Shown here piece after piece: positions 16,019 to 19,033 of a stretch of 19,033 bases of DNA. The stretch is from an uncultured cyanobacterium (lineage in GTDB: Bacteria; Cyanobacteriota; Cyanobacteriia; Leptolyngbyales; Leptolyngbyaceae): assembly GCA_963766075.1 (NCBI GenBank), contig CAVYAN010000108.1, positions 1-19,033 of the forward strand. The letters are read 5' to 3'. Each line of letters opens with the position of its first letter. The first letter of the stretch is position 1. The notes under the pieces were generated by a model. The model ran no database searches. It saw nothing but the letters and a program-made list of their open reading frames with translations, and was not told the origin of the DNA. Position numbers and translations under genes: made by a program.

Positions 16019-17572
16019 TTAAGCCTCGTCTTCACCTTTCTCTGGCTTCAACAAAGGAAAGGCAATCACATCACGGATACTGGGGCTATCGGTCAGGACC
16101 ATCACGAGGCGATTGATGCCAATGCCCAAACCTCCTGTCGGCGGCATGCCATATTCCAGCGCGGTAATGAAGTCTTCATCCACCCCGTGGGCTTCTAAAT
16201 TCCCTGCCGCCTTCTTGGCGGACTGTGCCTCCAGTCGTTGCCGCTGATCAATTGGATCAGTCAACTCAGAAAAGCTATTGGCGGTTTCTCGACCCACCAT
16301 AAATAGCTCAAACCGTTCCACCAATCCCGGCTTGGCACGGTGGGGCTTAGCCAGCGGTGAAATTTCCACGGGATAGTCCAAGACAAAGGTCGGTTGAATT
16401 AAACTGGCCTCCACTTTTTGCTCAAAGGCTTCATTCAGCACCTGACCAATGGATTCGCAATCGACAGTTTCGTGAATGCCTGCCGCCACCGCTGCTGCTT
16501 TAGCTGCGGCCAATGTCCCGATCGAGGCAAAGTCAATGCCGGTGGCATCCTTAACCACATCGTGCATCGTCACCCTGCGCCACGGCGGTGTGAGGTCGAT
16601 GTCATTACCCTGGTAAGTGATCTTGAGAGTGCCTAAGACATCCTGAGCCGCCGTGGTAATCAGGGCTTCCGTCAGGAGCATCATATCGGTGTAGTCGGCG
16701 TAGGCTTGGTAGAGTTCAATGGTGGTGAACTCAGGATTGTGGCGCGTGGAAATGCCCTCATTCCGGAACACTCGCCCCAGTTCAAACACCTTTTCAAAGC
16801 CGCCGACAATCAGCCGCTTCAGGTGCAATTCGGTGGCGATCCGCAAAAAGAGATCCATCTCCAGAGTATTGTGATAGGTTCCAAATGGACGGGCCTCGGC
16901 TCCGCCCGCTTCCGACATGAGAACCGGCGTTTCAATTTCAATAAAGCCCTGCTGATCCAAATAACGGCGCATGGAAGCCGTAATCAAGGCCCGTCGCCGG
17001 AAGGTTTCCCGCACTTCGGGATTCACGATCAAATCAACGTAGCGCTGACGATAGCGCTTGGCAATATCCGTAAGGCCGTGCCATTTATCCGGCAAGGGCA
17101 ATAGGGATTTCGTCAACATGGCGTATTCCGCCACAACGACGGATAATTCGCCTTTGTCCGTGCGCTTGAGGCTGCCTTTCACGCCAATGATGTCGCCTGC
17201 ATCGGTCAGTTGCTTCAGATGGGCAAAGGCATCGGGCTGATTCGGCATGCCCGCTTCGATTTTTCCCTTATCGAGATAAAGCTGGATGCTGCCAGTTTCA
17301 TCCTGAAGGCCAAAGAAGGCCAGCTTGCCAAACACCCGCCGCGCCATGATGCGTCCGGCGATCGCCACGACGGTATCCACCTCTTCACCCTTGGCCAAGT
17401 CAGCATACTGGGCCTGTAACGCCGCGGCGTGGTGCGTGGTTTCCCAACGGTAGGCATAGGCGAGCTGTCCAGCCTGGTGCAATTGCTCAACCTTGGCAAG
17501 GCGGGCGGTACGAAGTTCTTCCAGGGTGGAAGTGGGTTGGGAGTCAGGGGAAGCGTTGCGATCGCGGGCCAT
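16019..17572 (-). CDS. lysS: lysine--tRNA ligase (class II)
   Basis: [35 protein letters not shown] and [13 protein letters not shown] motifs. Confidence 0.99.
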   Translation of the reverse strand: MARDRNASPDSQPTSTLEELRTARLAKVEQLHQAGQLAYAYRWETTHHAAALQAQYADLAKGEEVDTVVAIAGRIMARRVFGKLAFFGLQDETGSIQLYLDKGKIEAGMPNQPDAFAHLKQLTDAGDIIGVKGSLKRTDKGELSVVVAEYAMLTKSLLPLPDKWHGLTDIAKRYRQRYVDLIVNPEVRETFRRRALITASMRRYLDQQGFIEIETPVLMSEAGGAEARPFGTYHNTLEMDLFLRIATELHLKRLIVGGFEKVFELGRVFRNEGISTRHNPEFTTIELYQAYADYTDMMLLTEALITTAAQDVLGTLKITYQGNDIDLTPPWRRVTMHDVVKDATGIDFASIGTLAAAKAAAVAAGIHETVDCESIGQVLNEAFEQKVEASLIQPTFVLDYPVEISPLAKPHRAKPGLVERFELFMVGRETANSFSELTDPIDQRQRLEAQSAKKAAGNLEAHGVDEDFITALEYGMPPTGGLGIGINRLVMVLTDSPSIRDVIAFPLLKPEKGEDEA

Positions 17573-17679
17573 AGGAATTCTACTTCAGACAATGCAGGGA
17601 TAAAACAGTGCAGGAATGGACTATCAGCCCCTGCGGACTTTAATTATAGAAGCAAGCGTTATAGAAGCAAGCGGAAAGT

Positions 17680-18417
17680 TCACAGGCGGCTGCTTAATAG
17701 ATACAAGCCCGGTGCAAACAGCAACGCTGGCAGCAGCGAGGCCACTCGAATTTTGGCCACCTCGAGGAGATTCAAGGCGATGCCCAGAATCATCACACCG
17801 CCGACGCCAGAGGTCAGCAGAACCTGGGGGTTGTGCGTTGGATCGGGAATGGACTGTGCGAATGCCGCCGCCAGGATAGAAAGTCCCCCCTGATAAACAA
17901 TCACGGGAAAACTAGAAAACCCAACCCCAATGCCAAAGCTGTTACTGAGCGCAATGGACGCAATCCCGTCCATCGTGGATTTAATCCATAAAATCGTCCC
18001 ATCCTTGCTCATGCCATTATTCAGACTGCCGACCAGCGCCATCGGCCCCACACAAAACAACAGGCTGGCCGCCACAAAGCCTTCGGTAAAGCTGCCGCTG
18101 CCCCGCATGCGCCGTTTTAGCCAGTCCCCCAACCGCTCTAAGCGCTGTTCAATGTGGCAAAATTCTCCCACCACACCACCCAGAACGATCGCCAGCAGGG
18201 CCAGAATAATCCCGGCAATTTTTCCCCCTTGGACCTGGTTCAAACTGCTGGCCATCGTGAACCCAATCACCAACGTGATTAAGCCCAACCCTTGGGTCAT
18301 TACTTGCCGGACAGGCTGGGGCAGATTGCCACGCAGAAGCAGGCCAATACTGGTTCCCAAAAGAATGGTTGCGGCGTTGATCCACGTACCGCTGGTTTGC
18401 GCCCAAAGCTCCAGCAC
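17680..18417 (-). CDS. DUF554 family membrane protein
   Basis: GTWINAATILLG, FTEGFVAASLLFCVGPM, KSTMDG and VYQGG motifs; start probably GTG 18417. Confidence 0.92.
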   Translation of the reverse strand: MLELWAQTSGTWINAATILLGTSIGLLLRGNLPQPVRQVMTQGLGLITLVIGFTMASSLNQVQGGKIAGIILALLAIVLGGVVGEFCHIEQRLERLGDWLKRRMRGSGSFTEGFVAASLLFCVGPMALVGSLNNGMSKDGTILWIKSTMDGIASIALSNSFGIGVGFSSFPVIVYQGGLSILAAAFAQSIPDPTHNPQVLLTSGVGGVMILGIALNLLEVAKIRVASLLPALLFAPGLYLLSSRL

Positions 18418-18618
18418 GATTGATCCTCTGCTGCGCGGGTTGACCTTGCTATTAAAGCCTATTTTGGTCAATGCTTATGGCGGACTGGCAACGAATGGGC
18501 TGGATGGGGGCTGAGGTCAGTCACCAAACTGGCATAAACTAATGCAGTAAGGATTGACGAAACTAATTGCATTAGCTAAAAAGGGTGTAGATTCACATTC
18601 CTGCTTGGAGATCTTGAT

Positions 18619-18909
18619 ATGACACGCTCTCGCGATTTGGCTTTGCCGCAAGAACATAGTGCTGCTTGGATTTTTCAGACGTGGGCATCCTTTCTGCTGT
18701 CGATTTCTGCCGTCACGATTGGGGTGATTTATTTGCCGGTAAACGGTTGGGTGAAGGGGTATTTGGGGGTGGGATTTGCCTTTTCGGTGGCGTCTACTAT
18801 TAGCCTGTCCAAAACCCTGCGGGATATTGATGAAAGTAAGCGGCTAACGGCTAGAGTAGATGGGGCTCGGGTCGAAAAACTGCTGTCCGACCATCATCCC
18901 TTGAAGTGA
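18619..18909 (+). CDS. YiaA/YiaB two-helix inner membrane protein
   Basis: AWIFQTWASF..GVIYLPVNGWVKGYL..LSKTLRD pattern; SD GGAG upstream. Confidence 0.9.
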   Translation: MTRSRDLALPQEHSAAWIFQTWASFLLSISAVTIGVIYLPVNGWVKGYLGVGFAFSVASTISLSKTLRDIDESKRLTARVDGARVEKLLSDHHPLK

Positions 18910-19033
18910 TACTGATTCTTAGCCGATTGCTTCTCTGCTGCGGCTCTTGAGGGAGGCAGCGCTTTAGTGATGCGATTCTAAGTGATGCAATCCTAGTGAT
19001 GCGGCCCATTGGTGATGTGCCTTCTCAGTCATT

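Noticed and set aside
16019..17572. Functional link between lysS and the tRNA-Lys-like att sites
   Set aside because: They are more than 10 kb apart with unrelated genes between; nothing in the sequence ties them together.
5578..18514. Many antisense or alternate-frame ORFs (e.g. 11191..11919, 10645..11133, 17429..17893, 17930..18514)
   Set aside because: Shadows of well-supported genes in GC-rich coding DNA.

Overview
Cyanobacterial chromosomal DNA: at least 25 HIP1 octamers (GCGATCGC) by eye, plus typical cyanobacterial genes. The window has two parts. (1) 1-~5550 is the decayed right end of a tandem genomic island. It holds prophage genes (a RusA resolvase missed by the ORF track and a tail-fibre-like gene split by one in-frame stop), two degenerate copies of a tRNA-Lys(UUU)-like 3' end (att-like cores at 2811 and 5502, each followed by a hairpin), and between those cores a ~2.7-kb collapsed integrative element. 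That element has paired 12-bp arm-type sites, ~90-100-bp subterminal inverted repeats, a frameshifted tyrosine-integrase stub and an HTH stub joined by an IS5-family (IS1031-like) element, and an intact Uma2 endonuclease gene. Two more Uma2 5' remnants lie in a ~264-bp-period duplication, so the same 'Uma2 - repeat - att' end recurs two or three times. (2) ~5550-19033 is core genome: CPA1 Na+/H+ antiporter, small hypotheticals, a cobalamin-riboswitch-controlled cbiMNQO cobalt transporter divergent from cbiET, leuA, an NfeD-like gene, lysS, DUF554 and YiaAB. cbiQ and cbiET each carry a single frameshift, and the repaired CbiQ has a triplicated His-containing loop (HGFTG/HRFTG/HGFTG). All family assignments come from motif recognition, not database searches.
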